Origin: Parvularia atlantis
Lineage: Eukaryota
Direction: 5' to 3'
Length of the DNA: 64,000 bases
NCBI GenBank assembly: GCA_943704415.1
Contig: CALSCO010000306.1
Coordinates: forward strand, 1 to 64,000
In this document: piece after piece, positions 1 to 11,996 of the stretch
How the letters are laid out: each line of letters begins with the position of its first letter
How positions within the stretch are numbered: position 1 is the first letter of the stretch
The notes under the pieces: generated by a model
Database searches by the model: none
What the model was told of the DNA's origin: nothing
What the model saw: only the letters and a program-made list of their open reading frames with translations
Made by a program: the position numbers and the translations under genes

Positions 1-50
1 CCCCTCGTCGTGTGCACCCGCCCCGCCGGTTGACGCGCGCTGCGCTGCAG

Positions 51-762
51 CTGCACCAAATCTCCGAGGTCGACGACAAGATCGGCGTCATCTCGGCCGA
101 GATCGAGCGGCTCGGCTCCGAGGGCAAGGTCGAGGAGGCCGCGAGCAAGATGAAGGAGCAGGAGGAGCTGTCGCTGACCAAGCGTCGGCTGGACGTGCGT
201 GGGCGGCCGCGCACCGCCCTCGCGTCTCACGCCACCCCGCACGCGTGCAGGAGGAGATGAAGGCGCGCGACGACGTCGTCTCGATCGCCGCGCGCCAGAA
301 GCTGCGCGTGTGCGAGATCTGCGGCGCCAAGCTCAGCCTGTTTGACTCGGACCGGCGTCTGGCCGACCACTTTGGTGGCAAGATGCACCTCGGCATGGCG
401 CAGATCCGCGAGATCGTCGAGAGCATGCGGGTGCGGCCGGGTGCTGCCTCGCAGCTGCCCGCTCACGCACTCGAGCCGCGCGCAGCCCGAGATGTCCCTC
501 AAACGGCTCAACAGGAAGTGCGCCGCGCTGGCCGTCTTTGCGCGCGCGCGCGCGCGCGCGTGTGCGAGCGCACGACTCACGCCCGCGCCTCGCGCCAGAC
601 CGATCGACCCCGAGGCGGACCGCCTGCGTGACCTCGAGCGCGACCGCGACCGCGACCGCCGCGGCGAGCGCGACTATGACCGTGCGTGCGCGTGTGGCTA
701 CGCCGTTGCGAGCCGTGGCCAACCGCGCGCCGCGCGTCCCAGGCGACCGCAGGAGGTACTAG
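51..762 (+). CDS. LUC7: Luc7-family U1 snRNP-associated splicing factor, 3' part (5' end outside window), multi-exon
   Basis: Spliced exons give ...AEIERLGSEGKVEEA...QKLRVCEICGAKLSLFDSDRRLADHFGGKMHLG (Luc7 second zinc finger), then an RD/RE-rich tail ending at TAG 760-762. Confidence 0.9.
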
Positions 763-844
763 ACACACAGTGAGGCAACATGTGAGCTGCGCTGGTCGGT
801 CGGTCGGTTGGTCGCGTAGGGTGGTCGGTCATTCAGTGGCTCCG

Positions 845-2039
845 ATGTGGCAGACTGCGGCGCGCCGGCCGCACGTGTGGCTCGTGGCCACAGTGGCGCT
901 GCTGGTCGTGCTCGACGTGGCCATGCTCGGGCTCGCGCCGTCGTCGTACGGCCTGCGGCGCCCGACCGCGCCGGTCGAGGTCGCCGACGTCGTGCCGGCG
1001 TACGACGATGTGGCGGCCGTGCGCGTGACGCACCTGGTCGTCGTCGCGGGCCACGCCGTCTACGTCGGCCCGGCCGCCCCCGCCGACCCGACCGCGGCGG
1101 TCCACGACGAGGCCAACTGGGCGCTGGAGCCGCACCAGCACGGGCAGGCGCGTCTCGTGCGCGCTCGGGACAGGCGGGTGTGCACTGACCCGCTGCCCAG
1201 GTGCCCGCGTTCCTCGACCACGTGCGCGTGGGCCTGCAGCTCGGCGCGGCCGACGAGCGCGTGCTCGTCGTGCTCAGCGGCGGGCAGACGCGGCGCGCGG
1301 CGGGGCCGCGGAGCGAGGCCGCGTCATACCGGCAGGTGCGCGCGCAGCTGTGCACGGGACGCCGAGACTGACACGCGGCTCGGCGCACAGGTCGCGCGCC
1401 TGCTCGGGTGGTGGAACCTCACGGAGACCGCGCCGGGGCTGCCCACGCGCGTGGCGCTGGAGGAGTACGCGCGCGACTCGTTCGAGAACGTCCTGTTCAG
1501 CCTGTGCCGCTTCCGCGAGGTCACGGGCGCGTACCCGGAGGAGGTGACCGTCGTCAGCTTCGCGTTCAAGGTGCGCGCTGCACCCGCGCGACGCGACACG
1601 CCCCCCTCCCCCACGCCCCGTGACAGGAGTACCGCTTCTGCCACCTGCACCGGGCCGCCGTGCGCTTCCCCGCCGCGCGCTTCCACTTTGTGCAGGGCAG
1701 CGCGGCCGACGTTGACATTCTCGAGACGCCCGCGGGCGAGGTGCCTTGCGTCGCGCACGTCGCATCGCGCTCACTGGTTGCGCCGTCGCCAGGTCCTCGG
1801 CGCACGCGCCCAGTTCGAGCAGGACCCGTTTGGGTGCGCCGCGCCGCTCGCGACCAAGCGCGCCGCGCGCGACCCGTTCGGACGGGCGCACAACTACGTG
1901 GTGCGCGCCGCCGCAGACCGATCGGCTGCACGCAGCATCCTAATTGCGTGCGCAGTCGTCCTGCCCTGAGATGCGCCTGCTGCTGCGCTGGTGCGAGGAC
2001 GGCGCGTCGACCGGCCCGCTGCCCTGGACGACCGACTAG
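845..2039 (+). CDS. Conserved uncharacterised DUF218/YOR238W-like protein with N-terminal hydrophobic segment, 6 exons
   Basis: Motifs HLVVVAGHAVY, SGGQTR...GPRSEAASY, EEYARDSFENVLFSLCRFREVTGAYPEEVTVVSFAFK and C-terminal SCPE...WC...GPLPW. First intron 1148-1200 is GC-AG. Confidence 0.75.
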
Positions 2040-2223
2040 GGTTAGGTGACCGGCCGGCGTTGCCGAAACGGGCATCACGGGCGCGTGCCAGTCGCCGTTC
2101 GCGGTAACACGGCACGCGCTCTCGTGGCGTCAACACGACACTTTTCCGCCTTCTCGCCTGGTGCGTCGCGCACCGCGCAGGCCTCGCCACGCTGAACGCC
2201 TGCGTGAGCCGTGCGCCGTCAGC

Positions 2224-3431
2224 ATGCACCTCACGTCCGTCTCGGCGACCGAGGCCGCGCTGCTCGTCGTGTTTTTCGTCTGCGTCGCGAGCTCGGTCAG
2301 CGACGCCGCGCTCTTCGTCGTCAAGTCGGCCGCCGTGACCCTGCTCGACATGGAGTCACCGAGTGAGTACGCCATCGCCGTGCGTGGGCCTTCTAGCCGC
2401 GGCCGTGCGCGTCGCACTGAGCACGCGCGCGCGCACGCAGACGGCGCTCCTGTTTGTGGCCTACCTCGCACAGTACCTGCTCTTCAGCGGCCTCTTCGAG
2501 GCGACCCACCCCGCGCCCAAGACCGAGCGCCGCGTCAAGGAGATCAAGAAGGAGATCCAGCTGGGTGCGCACACGCGCATGCAGGCGGCGCACGCGGTGC
2601 TCAGCGCGCGCGGCAGGCGTCGGTGTCACGCTGATCAACATCGTCTTTGCGACGACGTGGATGTACTTTGTCGACCCGCACCTGCCCTACTACGGCTACT
2701 TCGAGACGCACCCGTACACGCTCAAGGAGTTTCTGTTCGGCTTTGCCGTGTACTTTTTCTTCGCCGACACGTGGTTCTACTGGTGCGCGCGGCGGACGTT
2801 GCGCGCACAGGCCGTGCTGACGGCGGCAGCCAGGACGCACCGCATGCTGCATCTCAAGTTCTTCTGGCGCAACGTGCACTACCTGCACCACTCGTTCATC
2901 GAGCCGACCGCGTTTGCACAGGACGCGGTGCACTGGTGCGCCCCGGGCAGGGGAGCGCGCAGGGTCTCACCTCTGCGTGGCAGGTTTGAGGCGGTCATCC
3001 AGGGGCCGTGCGGCCACTTCCTTGCCGCGCTCATCTACCCGATGCACCCGGTCTTCCTCGCCGGCATGGGCTTCTTCACCGCGATCTACGCGATCGCCGC
3101 GCACGACGGCCGCGCGCTCGACCTGAACGACCACACCAAGCACCACACGCACAAGATGGGCTACGACGCGTACGAGATCAAGGGCGTCAACTTTGGCCTG
3201 TACTGGGTGCGTCATGATGCTGCCGGCAGCGGCTGCCGCATGCCCCTCATCGCGCGCGCGGGCTCACAGGGCTTCTGGGACCACGTGTGCGGCACGCGCT
3301 ACGACCCGGCCAAGTCTGTGCCGTGGAACCCGCACAAAGACGCGGCCGACCGTCAGCTGCTGAGCGGCAAGGACAGCATCACAAAGGCGGACGCCGTGGC
3401 GGCAGCGGGGGCGCCGACGAAGGAGGAGTAG
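2224..3431 (+). CDS. Fatty-acid hydroxylase superfamily / sterol desaturase (ERG3/lathosterol oxidase-like), multi-exon
   Basis: His boxes HRMLH, HYLHH, HTKHH; hydrophobic helices; NFGLYW/GFWDHVCGT tail. Confidence 0.8.
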
Positions 3432-3768
3432 GCGCGTCTTGTTTGTGTGTGTGTGTGTGTGCGCGCGCTCAGCAGCCGGAACCACGAACGTTCAGCGTGT
3501 GAAAAGTAAAGAGGGGGAGAAAAAAACCGGCCAGGCGTGCACAGAGAGCGGCGGCGAACAGCGGGGCGGCGGCGTTCCGGCTCCACAGCCTGGAGAGGCA
3601 ACCTGGCACCCGCCGTCTTCGGCTCGCCGTTCCGTGCACGCCCCGCCGTCGCGAGCCGCCGCGTTGAGAAACACGGCAGACACCGCAGATGGGTGGCTTG
3701 TGTAGAGGGGCGAGGCGCGACGGCCGCACTCGCTCGCCGTCAGGTTACTCGGTCAAAGCAGGGTGCGT

Positions 3769-5319
3769 TCAGCGCAGCGACACGCCCGAGGTGAGCTCGC
3801 GGGCGCGGCCCGACTTGCCCAGCATCTTGCTGCTGGTGACGCCGGTCGCGGTGCCGGCGACGCCGTCGGCGGCGCTGGCGGGCGTCGAGGCGAAGCAGTG
3901 CCAGAGGCGGAGGGTCTCGTCGCCGCCGGCAGTGGCAACGCGCTCGCCGTCGGGCGAGATGGCCATGTGAAGGGCGCGGGCAGTGTGGCCGGTGAGCTCG
4001 GCGACCTTGGTCAGGGTCGGGTAGCGCCAGATGGTGAGCTGGTTGTGCGGGAGGCCCTGGGACGTGACGAGCTCGCGGTACTCCTTGGACCAGGCGACCT
4101 GGCAGACCTGGGCCTCGGTGTTGACGGCGGCCGTGCACGCGCCCGTGGCCGTGTTCCAGAGACGGAGGTGGCGGTCGCCCGTGCCGCCGCCGCTGGCGAG
4201 GAGGTTCTGCTGCCATGGGCACCACGCGAGGGCCTTGACGGCGGCGGTGTGGTGGGTGAGGGAGAAGAGGGGCACCTGGGCCTCGCGCGAGGCGCTGACG
4301 CCACCCCAGATGTTGAGCAGGTTGTCGTTGGCGCCGCTGGCGAGCTGGGTGCCGTCGGGCGACCACTTGAGGCCGCAGACCTCCTGGGTGTGGTGCTGCA
4401 GCGTCGCGACGACGGTCTGGGCCTCGCGCACGTCATGGTGGAGGATCGTGCCGTTGCGCGAGCCCGTGCTGAGGATGTGGCCGTTCCAGGCCAGGGCCGC
4501 GACGCGGTTGTCGGCGGCGGTGGCGCGGAGGGTGCGCAGGCGCTTCTTCTGCTCGACGTCCCACAGCTGCACATCACCGCTGGCCAGGCCCACGGCGAGA
4601 GTCGCGCCGTCACGCGCCCATGAAAGCGATGCGAGCGAGTTGTTGTCGGCCGTCGTCAGGAGCTGCTCGATGTCGCCCGTCGTCGCGTTCCACAGGTACG
4701 CGCTCTTGCCCAGGCCCACCGCCAGCACGTTCTGCTCGCTCCAGTCGAGCAGGTTGAGGTAAAAGTCGTCGCTCATCTCGGGCGCGTCGAGCACGCGCTG
4801 GGCCGCCTGAGGGATGTGACGGCTGGGCTTGCGCGGGCCGCCGGCGGCGCTGCCCGTCGCACCGCGGTTCTGGCTGTAGAGCACGCGCAGGCTGTTCTGA
4901 TAGCCGTCGCGCGGCAGGGGCGCCTTGGTCTTGAACGAGAGGATCTTGCTGTTGCCGGCGCCCTCGAACAGCTGCGAGGCCACGTCGGCGCGGTACTGGC
5001 GGCTGGTCGGGCTGAGCGTGCTGGTCGGCACGGTGGCCGCGTCGTTGTCGTCCGTCGCGGGCTCGTCCGCCGTCAGGTTGAAGTGCGCCGCGTCCATGTC
5101 CATCGTCGTCCGGTTGGGCACAAAGCGGTCGCCGTGGAGGGGCGTCTTGACACCGCGCGTGCCCGAGGTCGGGACCGAGGCCGGGGCGTCGCTCGCGTCC
5201 TCGCCCTGATGGGCTTCGAGCGCCTTGCGCTGCCAGCGCGGCAGGACGGTCGTCTTGACGGGGGTCGAGAGGCGCGCGAGGGCGTCGACCTCCGAGTCGC
5301 AGTGGCCGCGGAAGTGCAT
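3769..5319 (-). CDS. CDC20: Cdc20/Fizzy APC/C activator, intronless, 516 aa
   Basis: C-box DRFVPNR, KILSFK (Mad2-binding-like), RVLDAPEMSDDFYLNLLDWS, WD40 repeats (HTQEVCGLKWSPDG, AAVKALAWCPWQ, DETLRLW), C-terminal LR. Confidence 0.95.
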   Translation of the reverse strand: MHFRGHCDSEVDALARLSTPVKTTVLPRWQRKALEAHQGEDASDAPASVPTSGTRGVKTPLHGDRFVPNRTTMDMDAAHFNLTADEPATDDNDAATVPTSTLSPTSRQYRADVASQLFEGAGNSKILSFKTKAPLPRDGYQNSLRVLYSQNRGATGSAAGGPRKPSRHIPQAAQRVLDAPEMSDDFYLNLLDWSEQNVLAVGLGKSAYLWNATTGDIEQLLTTADNNSLASLSWARDGATLAVGLASGDVQLWDVEQKKRLRTLRATAADNRVAALAWNGHILSTGSRNGTILHHDVREAQTVVATLQHHTQEVCGLKWSPDGTQLASGANDNLLNIWGGVSASREAQVPLFSLTHHTAAVKALAWCPWQQNLLASGGGTGDRHLRLWNTATGACTAAVNTEAQVCQVAWSKEYRELVTSQGLPHNQLTIWRYPTLTKVAELTGHTARALHMAISPDGERVATAGGDETLRLWHCFASTPASAADGVAGTATGVTSSKMLGKSGRARELTSGVSLR

Positions 5320-5357
5320 CTTCTGTGTGTGTGGGTTTCTTTGGGGGCTTTTTTTTT

Positions 5358-5382
5358 GGGGGGGGGGGGGGGGGGGGGGGGG
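5358..5382. repeat. G25 homopolymer (preceded by a T run) at the Cdc20/VPS13 boundary
   Basis: Directly visible; coincides with the point where VPS13 homology begins mid-gene. Confidence 0.95.
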
Positions 5383-5418
5383 CGTAGCACGGCGACTGTT
5401 GACGTAGCGCGACCGCAG

Positions 5419-8400
5419 GTCCCGGCGAGAGCAAGTCGGTGCCGATCCTGGCGTGCCTGGACGCGCAGTTCAGCGTGCGCGATACCCGTGCGTGCTGCTA
5501 GTGGACGGACGAGTGCGCGTGCTTGACAACAACACTCGCCCGCGCGCACAGGCACCGGTTACGCGCCGTCCAAGGCCGTGCCGTGGAGCCCGCTGTTGCA
5601 GCACGGCGCGGAGACGCTCGAGTCGTACCACAGCGCGAGCAAAACGGTGCGCGGGCGGCGGGCTCATCGCACAGCGCTCACGGCGAGCGTGGCCTCAGGG
5701 TGAACACTACCGACTGGTCGCGCGACTCGATGCGAGCGCGGTCGCGTTCAAGGGCAAGGCGAGCGCATGGCCGGTCAACGCGTATCCGTCGTACACTGTC
5801 GACCTGGTCACGCCGTGGAAGCTCGAGGTGCGCTGCCGACGGCGTGCGGCTGTCTTTGCTGAACGAGGACACGTCGCGCCGTCGCAGAACCTTCTCCCGA
5901 CGGCCATGGACGTCGTCGTGACGGACGCAGCCGGTACGGTGCTCGAGAAGGTCGCGGTCGCGTCCGGGACGACGTTTGCGTTCCACAAGGCCGCCTATGA
6001 CGGTGCACGACGGGTCCGCGAAGCGCGCGGGTGCGAGACTGAATGGGCTGCGCAGGCACGCAGTCGATCGCCGTGAGCCTGCCCGAGATGGACTACGTCA
6101 TGGGCGCGCCGGCGCGGCTGGCGGTGCGCGTTTGGACGTCTTGCACACGTCGCGGCGTCCTCATGCCACGCGCGCGCGCAACAGAACCTGGCCGACAGCG
6201 CAAGCGGCGACGGCCTGGTCGCGCTCAAGCTGACGCACAAGAGCGTGGCGGGCAACGACCTGCTGCTCAAGCTAAGGTGGCTCGCCGTTGCGCTTGTCCG
6301 ACCCGTCTTGACAAGCGCGCGCGTCCACAGCTGGACGTCGCACGATGACGGCGCGGGCAAGGGCTTCGCGTACAAGCACGTGGCGGTCTCGGCGCCGTAC
6401 GTGATCGTCAACAAGTCCGGCAGCCACCTCATCTTTAAGCAGGTTTGCGCGGCGCGGCGCAGCGGCGTGACGTGACACTGCGCGCTTTGTGCAGTCGGCA
6501 CGGCTGGGACTGCTCGCCGGCAACCAGACGGCGCTGCCCGTGAACGCGACGGCCGTGCGGTGCGCTCCACAGCCGGTGTGCCGTTGCAGACACGGGCCGA
6601 CACGGCCGTGCGCAGCACCGAGGGCGCCGAGGAGGTGCAGCTGGTCCTCTTCTCGTACCCCAAGTTTGAGCTGTTCACGCGGCAAGAGGTCATGCTGCGC
6701 ACGTCCGACTCGGACTGGAGCCAGGTGCGGCGATCACGCTGCGGTTCAATGGGCTGGCTCGCCTGACAGCGCGTCCCGCGCCAGTCGTACAGCCTCGAGG
6801 CGACGGGCTCGGCGGCCGAGGTGCCCCTGACGCACAACAAGGACTTGGCGCAGTACCAGTTTGGCATGCAGGCACGCGTGCAGCCGCGCGTGCAGTGGCC
6901 GTGCTGCGCCCGCCTGACCGTGCGTGCGCGCGCAGATCTCGGTCGGCCAGGGCAAGCGCGCCGCGACCAAGGTGATCCACTTCACGCCACGCTACATGCT
7001 CGTCAACAACACCGACACCGAGATCCAGGTGCGAGCATCGCTGGCGGCGGGTGGCGCGTTGACGATGCCTGCGCGGCACAGGTGCTGCTCAAGGATGCCG
7101 TCGCGCCCGCAGTCGGCGGCGACAAGCGCGCGTTCGGCCGGCTGCTCGGCTCAATCTCACGCGGCACCACCGCGAGTGCGTCAACTGTGGCCGAAGTGCG
7201 GCGCGGTCGCACAGGGAAGCCGATTTTGCAGGCTGAGACGGCGCGTGTCGTGCGCAGGCGATGCCGGCCGAAGTGCGCGTGCCGGCCAAGCAGCGTGTGC
7301 CTCTGCATTTCAGCGAGAGCACGCCCACCGAGCGCATGATGCGCATTCGCACGGGCCAGGACGGCCACTGGTGCGCGCTGCCCCCCGCGGGCCGCAGGCG
7401 CAGCGACCTGCCCATGCGCTCCCTGCGCCCAGGTCGGTCCCGTTCAAGGCTGAGGGCCTGGACGTGGTCCACGTCAAGCTGGACGCGAGCACGGTACGGC
7501 ACCACGTCTATCGCGTTGAGAAGATTGTGCAGGTGCGCGTGCGAGGGCGCAAGCACAGCGTGCGGAGCTGACAGTCGGTTGCCAGGGCGCGACGATCTTC
7601 CTGCAGGTGTACCTGCACAAGGACCCGGCGCCGTACCGCATCGACAACAAGGGCGTGCTCGAGATTTCCTTCCTGCAGTACAAAGGCCAGGCGCGGTACA
7701 CGGTCGCGCCGGGCACGGGCATGCCGTTCGTGTGGGACGACCCGCTCGAGCGGCGGCGCGAGGTCGTCCTGCTCATCGACGGCGAGCAGCGCACGGTCGA
7801 CCTGTTGCTCATCGGCGATCACAAGCCGTGGAAGGTGTACCGCGGCGAGGGCGACGGTGCGGTGCCGTTTGTGCGCGTGTCTTGTTTGCTGTCGGTGGCG
7901 CGTTGACGCATGCCCGTGGCGCGCCGCAGACCGCCGCAAGTACCGCGTCTTCATCACCGTCTTCCCCGAGGCCGCAACGATCGTGGTCAAGCTGCACAGG
8001 TGTGCGCGCGGACTGCCTCCGCGGGGGTCCGCTGTTGACCGGTGCGCCGCGCTGCTCAGCAAGCTCGCGCGACCCAAGCAGGCCAAGGGCGTCAAGCTGC
8101 TGCTCGCGTCGGCGACGTGCGTCCGCGGCGCGTGCGCCGTGCGATTGTACGGTTGTGCTGAGTGCGTGCGCAGGGCTGCGCTCATGAGGTCGGAGACCAG
8201 CACCGCCGACGCGCCCGCGGCAGAGGACGCGGACGTGGACGACGGCGGCGCCAACATCTTTGACAACAGCAAGGTGCGCACCGCCCCTCGTGCCTGCGCC
8301 GCGGAGACTGACGCGGTGCACCCGAAAAACAGCCGATGGTCACGGTCAATGTGCACCTGGCCGGCTTTGGTGTGAGCGTGGTCAGCCGGCGGCCGCAGGA

Positions 8401-11093
8401 GCTGCTGTACGTGTCGCTGCACGACGTGCATGTGGAGTTTGTCGACGCGGACGTGGATCAGACGCTGCAGCTCAACGTGGGCCGGTGCGGCCACGCGCCT
8501 TGCGTGCTACGCCTGCGGCTGACGCGGCACGAGCTTACAGCCTCCAGATCGACAACCAGCTGCCGCAGCCCGACTTCCCTGTCATCTTGCGCCCGGTGCG
8601 CCCTACGACCACTGCGCTGCCGTCTGGGCTGACGCGGCGCCGGGCAGATCATCATGCGCAACCGCAAGAACGCCGAAGGCAAGGAGGCCGAGACGCGGGT
8701 GCTCACGTTCTCGTTCCGGCGGCTCAAGTACCAGTCGGTTGGCGTGCTGACTTTCCAGGTGCGTGGCCGGCGCTCGCGCGGGAGCGTGCGACAAACTGCT
8801 GACGCGCCTCGCGCAGTACTTGTCGCTGCTGCTGCAGGAGCTCAGCGTCGAAGTCTCGGAAAGGCGCGTTCGCGGTGCTGCGTGTGCCCGTGGCTCCAAG
8901 GTGCTGACCCTCGGCGCAGCTTCATCATGGTGCTCGTCGACTTTGTCGTCGACGTCGTGCCGAAGCAGGCCTCGACGACGGACGACGCGAAGGACTTTGG
9001 CGACCTGTTGCCGGGCCTGCCGATGCCGCCTGTGATGGTGCGCCTGCTGCCTTGCCGCGGCTTGACAAGGGACTGATGTACGCCTCGCGCGTGCACCGCG
9101 AGTGCGCAGCCGCCGGTCGACAGCGACAAGATCTACTTTGAAATGTTTGAAATCCAGCCGATCAAGGTCGACATCACGTTTGTGCGCTCGCGCGAGCGCG
9201 GCACGGCCTCGGCGACCGAGGTGCACCGCGCACGGCAGCCGTGGGATGCGCCCAGACTCACAGGCGCACGCGGCGCACAGGTCATTAAGTCGGACCTGTT
9301 CCGCATCGTCGTGGACGTGCTGTCGAACGCGATTGCCAATATTGAGAACGCGCCGCTCAACTTCAACGGTACGCGTCAGCTGTGCGCGGCCCGTGCCAGC
9401 GCCGTTGACGCCATGGGCGCGCGCGCAGCCCTCGCCGTGCGCCACCTGATGACCTCGGCGGTGTTGCTGGGCGACGTCATCGGCAAGCACTACGGCTACC
9501 AGGTCGCGTACCAGGTGCACAGGCTCGTGGGCTCGGTGGACCTCATCGGTGAGTGAACCCCGGAGTGGCGCACGCTGGGCGGAAACCGACACGTGGCTGC
9601 GCAGGCAACCCCATCGGTCTGTTCAGCTCGATCTCGTCGGGCGTGGAGGACTTTTTCTACGAGCCGTACCAGGGCCTGACGCGCGGTGCGCCATGACGTG
9701 CTCTGCGCGCGCGGGGCCGCGCTGACGCGTGCCACTTGCGGGGCGCGCTCAGGCCCGAAGGACTTTGCGCTCGGCGTCGGCACCGGCTCGGTTTCGCTCG
9801 TGCGCAACCTCGGGTGCGGTGGCGCTTGGTGCGCGGGGAGCGAGGGCACGCTCACAGCGCCTCGCCTGTCTAGGTACGGCGTGCTCGACACGACATCCAA
9901 GCTCACAGGTAGCGTCGGCAAGGGCGTGGCGCAGATCACGATGGACGAAAAGTACCTAACCGAGCGCGATGGTGAGCCCGTGCGACCGTTCGCGCTTGCG
10001 CCAGGTGCTGAGACCGCTCGCAGCGTCGCGCATCGCCAACCGGCACCAGACGGCCGCGGCGGGCTCGGTCTCGGGCGCGCAGGTGGGGGGCCGGCGTGCG
10101 AGGCGTGCGGCGACTGACGGGCGCGCACACAGACGGTGCTGCAGGGCTTCACGTCGGGTGTGACGGGTATCTTCACCAAGCCGATCGAGGGCGGTGCGCT
10201 CACGCTGGCCTGGCGCGGCATTGGTGACGTAACACGGCATGCGGCGTGCCAGCGCGCGAGGGCGGCTTCACGGGCTTCCTGGCGGGCACGGCCAAGGGCG
10301 TGGTCGGCGCGGTCGCCAAGCCGGTCGTGGGCATCTTTGACGGCGCGTCGCAAGGTTGACTGCTCGCGGGTGTGCTGCTCGCGTGCTGCGGCCGTCTGAC
10401 GTGTGTGCGTAGTGGCCGTCGGCCTGCGCAACTCGGCCAAGTCGAGCTCCGACCCGACGGTGGACCGCGTGCGCACGCCGCGCCACATCGGCCCGGACCA
10501 CATCCTGCGGCCGTACAATCCGCGCCTGGCGCACGGCGCGCAGCTGCTGCACACACTCACGACGGCGGGCAACTACGCCGACCAAACCTACGTCACGCAC
10601 GTGGACCTGCCGGGCACGAACAAGGCGTTCATGGTGCGCGGGTGCACGCGTGCGTGCCGAACCAGCTTGTGCCGTCTGAACGGTGGTGCCATGCGCCCGC
10701 GCAGCTGACCAACCGCAGCGTCATGCTTGTGTCGCGAGCGAAGAACAAGGTCTCGTGGGCGATCCCGTTCAGCGAGTTGGCCGACATCCGCGTCAACAAG
10801 GAGTCGGGTGCGCCCATCGTGGCCGCGGCGCCGTGCCGCTGTGCCGCCAACTCTGCGCGCGCTGCGCGCTCGCAGTGGTCTTTGTGACGCGCGAGGGCGG
10901 CTCGTCGTCGGGCGGCGCGGTCAAGGCGCAGCAGATCGACTGCCCGGACGCCCAGGCGCAGCAGGTGCGCGCATGCCCCACGCCGCGCATGCACGTGACA
11001 CGACCCGCCGCGCAGGCCCTTGTCAGCCTCACGCGCAGCCAGGTTGACGCGTTTGCGCGCGACTTGGCGGGTTATGTGCGTCCCACTCAGTGA
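5419..11093 (+). CDS. VPS13: VPS13-family lipid transfer protein, C-terminal part only (VAB repeats, APT1/ATG2_C, PH-like); N-terminal chorein region absent
   Basis: Spliced exons: [56 protein letters not shown]...[69 protein letters not shown]. Begins at a splice acceptor with no upstream exons. Confidence 0.92.
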
Positions 11094-11126
11094 TCATTGG
11101 TTGTTTCTGTGTACACTGAGGTCTGC

Positions 11127-11949
11127 ATGGATGCGGTTCTCGGTCACGTGGCCGTCTCGGGTGCGTCAGGATGCGCCGTTCGCGCTCGCGCCAGCCGGCA
11201 ACTGACCGCCGGCAGCCACGGCCGGCGCCGTGTACGGCTTTGTCGGCTCGGTGTGGCTCGAGCGGCCGTGGCCGGCGTTTGTGGCGCGCGGCGCGGCGCG
11301 GTTCGGCGCGCTTGGCACGGTCTTCTTCGGTGTGCCGGCCGCATGACGCGCAAGCGCAGCGCGGGCTGAACTGCACGGGCGCGGCAGGCGCGCGCGCGGC
11401 GCTTGAGCAGACGCACCCGCCGCAGACGCAGCTGCAGGACTACCTGCACTCGGCGCTGGCCGGCGCAGCCACGGGCTACCTCGCCGCGGGCTTCCAGAGT
11501 GCGCTCGCCCTCGCGTCGGGCGCTGGCCGCGCTCACCGCCCGCGCTAGCACGGCATCCCATGCGCGCCGCACAGGGTGCCGCGCTGTTTGCCGGGGTCGC
11601 CGTCGCCGGGCACGTCGCCACGCATGCGCTCAACGAGTGGCGACTGCAGGTCATTCTGCGTGGCATGCGGGCATTTGAGCAGCCATCACTGCCGCCGCCG
11701 CCGCCGTCGCCCGCATCCGCGCCAGCCCAGGACGTCGCCGCCGCAGGGAGCGCCGGTACGCCGTGGTACGTCAAGTGGCTGCCCGTGCGTCCGGTGGAGG
11801 AGGCCGAATACCAGCAGCTGCTGAACGCGCGGGTGCGTCGGCCCGCTGCCGCCGCGTTCTCGTTGACACAGTGCGCGAAGGTCAAGGTGGCCGAGCAGGA
11901 GCTGCGCCGGGAGGAGCGGCGCGCCCGCGAGGGCGGGCCGCAGCGGTGA
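11127..11949 (+). CDS. Small membrane protein, Tim17/Tim22/Tim23/Pmp24-like, 5 exons
   Basis: Gly-rich hydrophobic helices (GAVYGFVG, SALAGAATGYLAAG, GAALFAG), then WLPVRPVEEAEYQQLL and a coiled-coil tail. Confidence 0.55.
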
Positions 11950-11996
11950 GCGCGCCGTGCGTGTGAGGATGTACAGCCAATTCTGTGATGTGTGCG

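Noticed and set aside
2037..2046. TAGGGTTAGG telomere-like sequence
   Set aside because: Under two units and overlapping a stop codon; compatible with chance.
3700..3768. Cdc20 as a recent retrocopy
   Set aside because: No poly(A) remnant or target-site duplication visible; ORF intact with normal codon bias.
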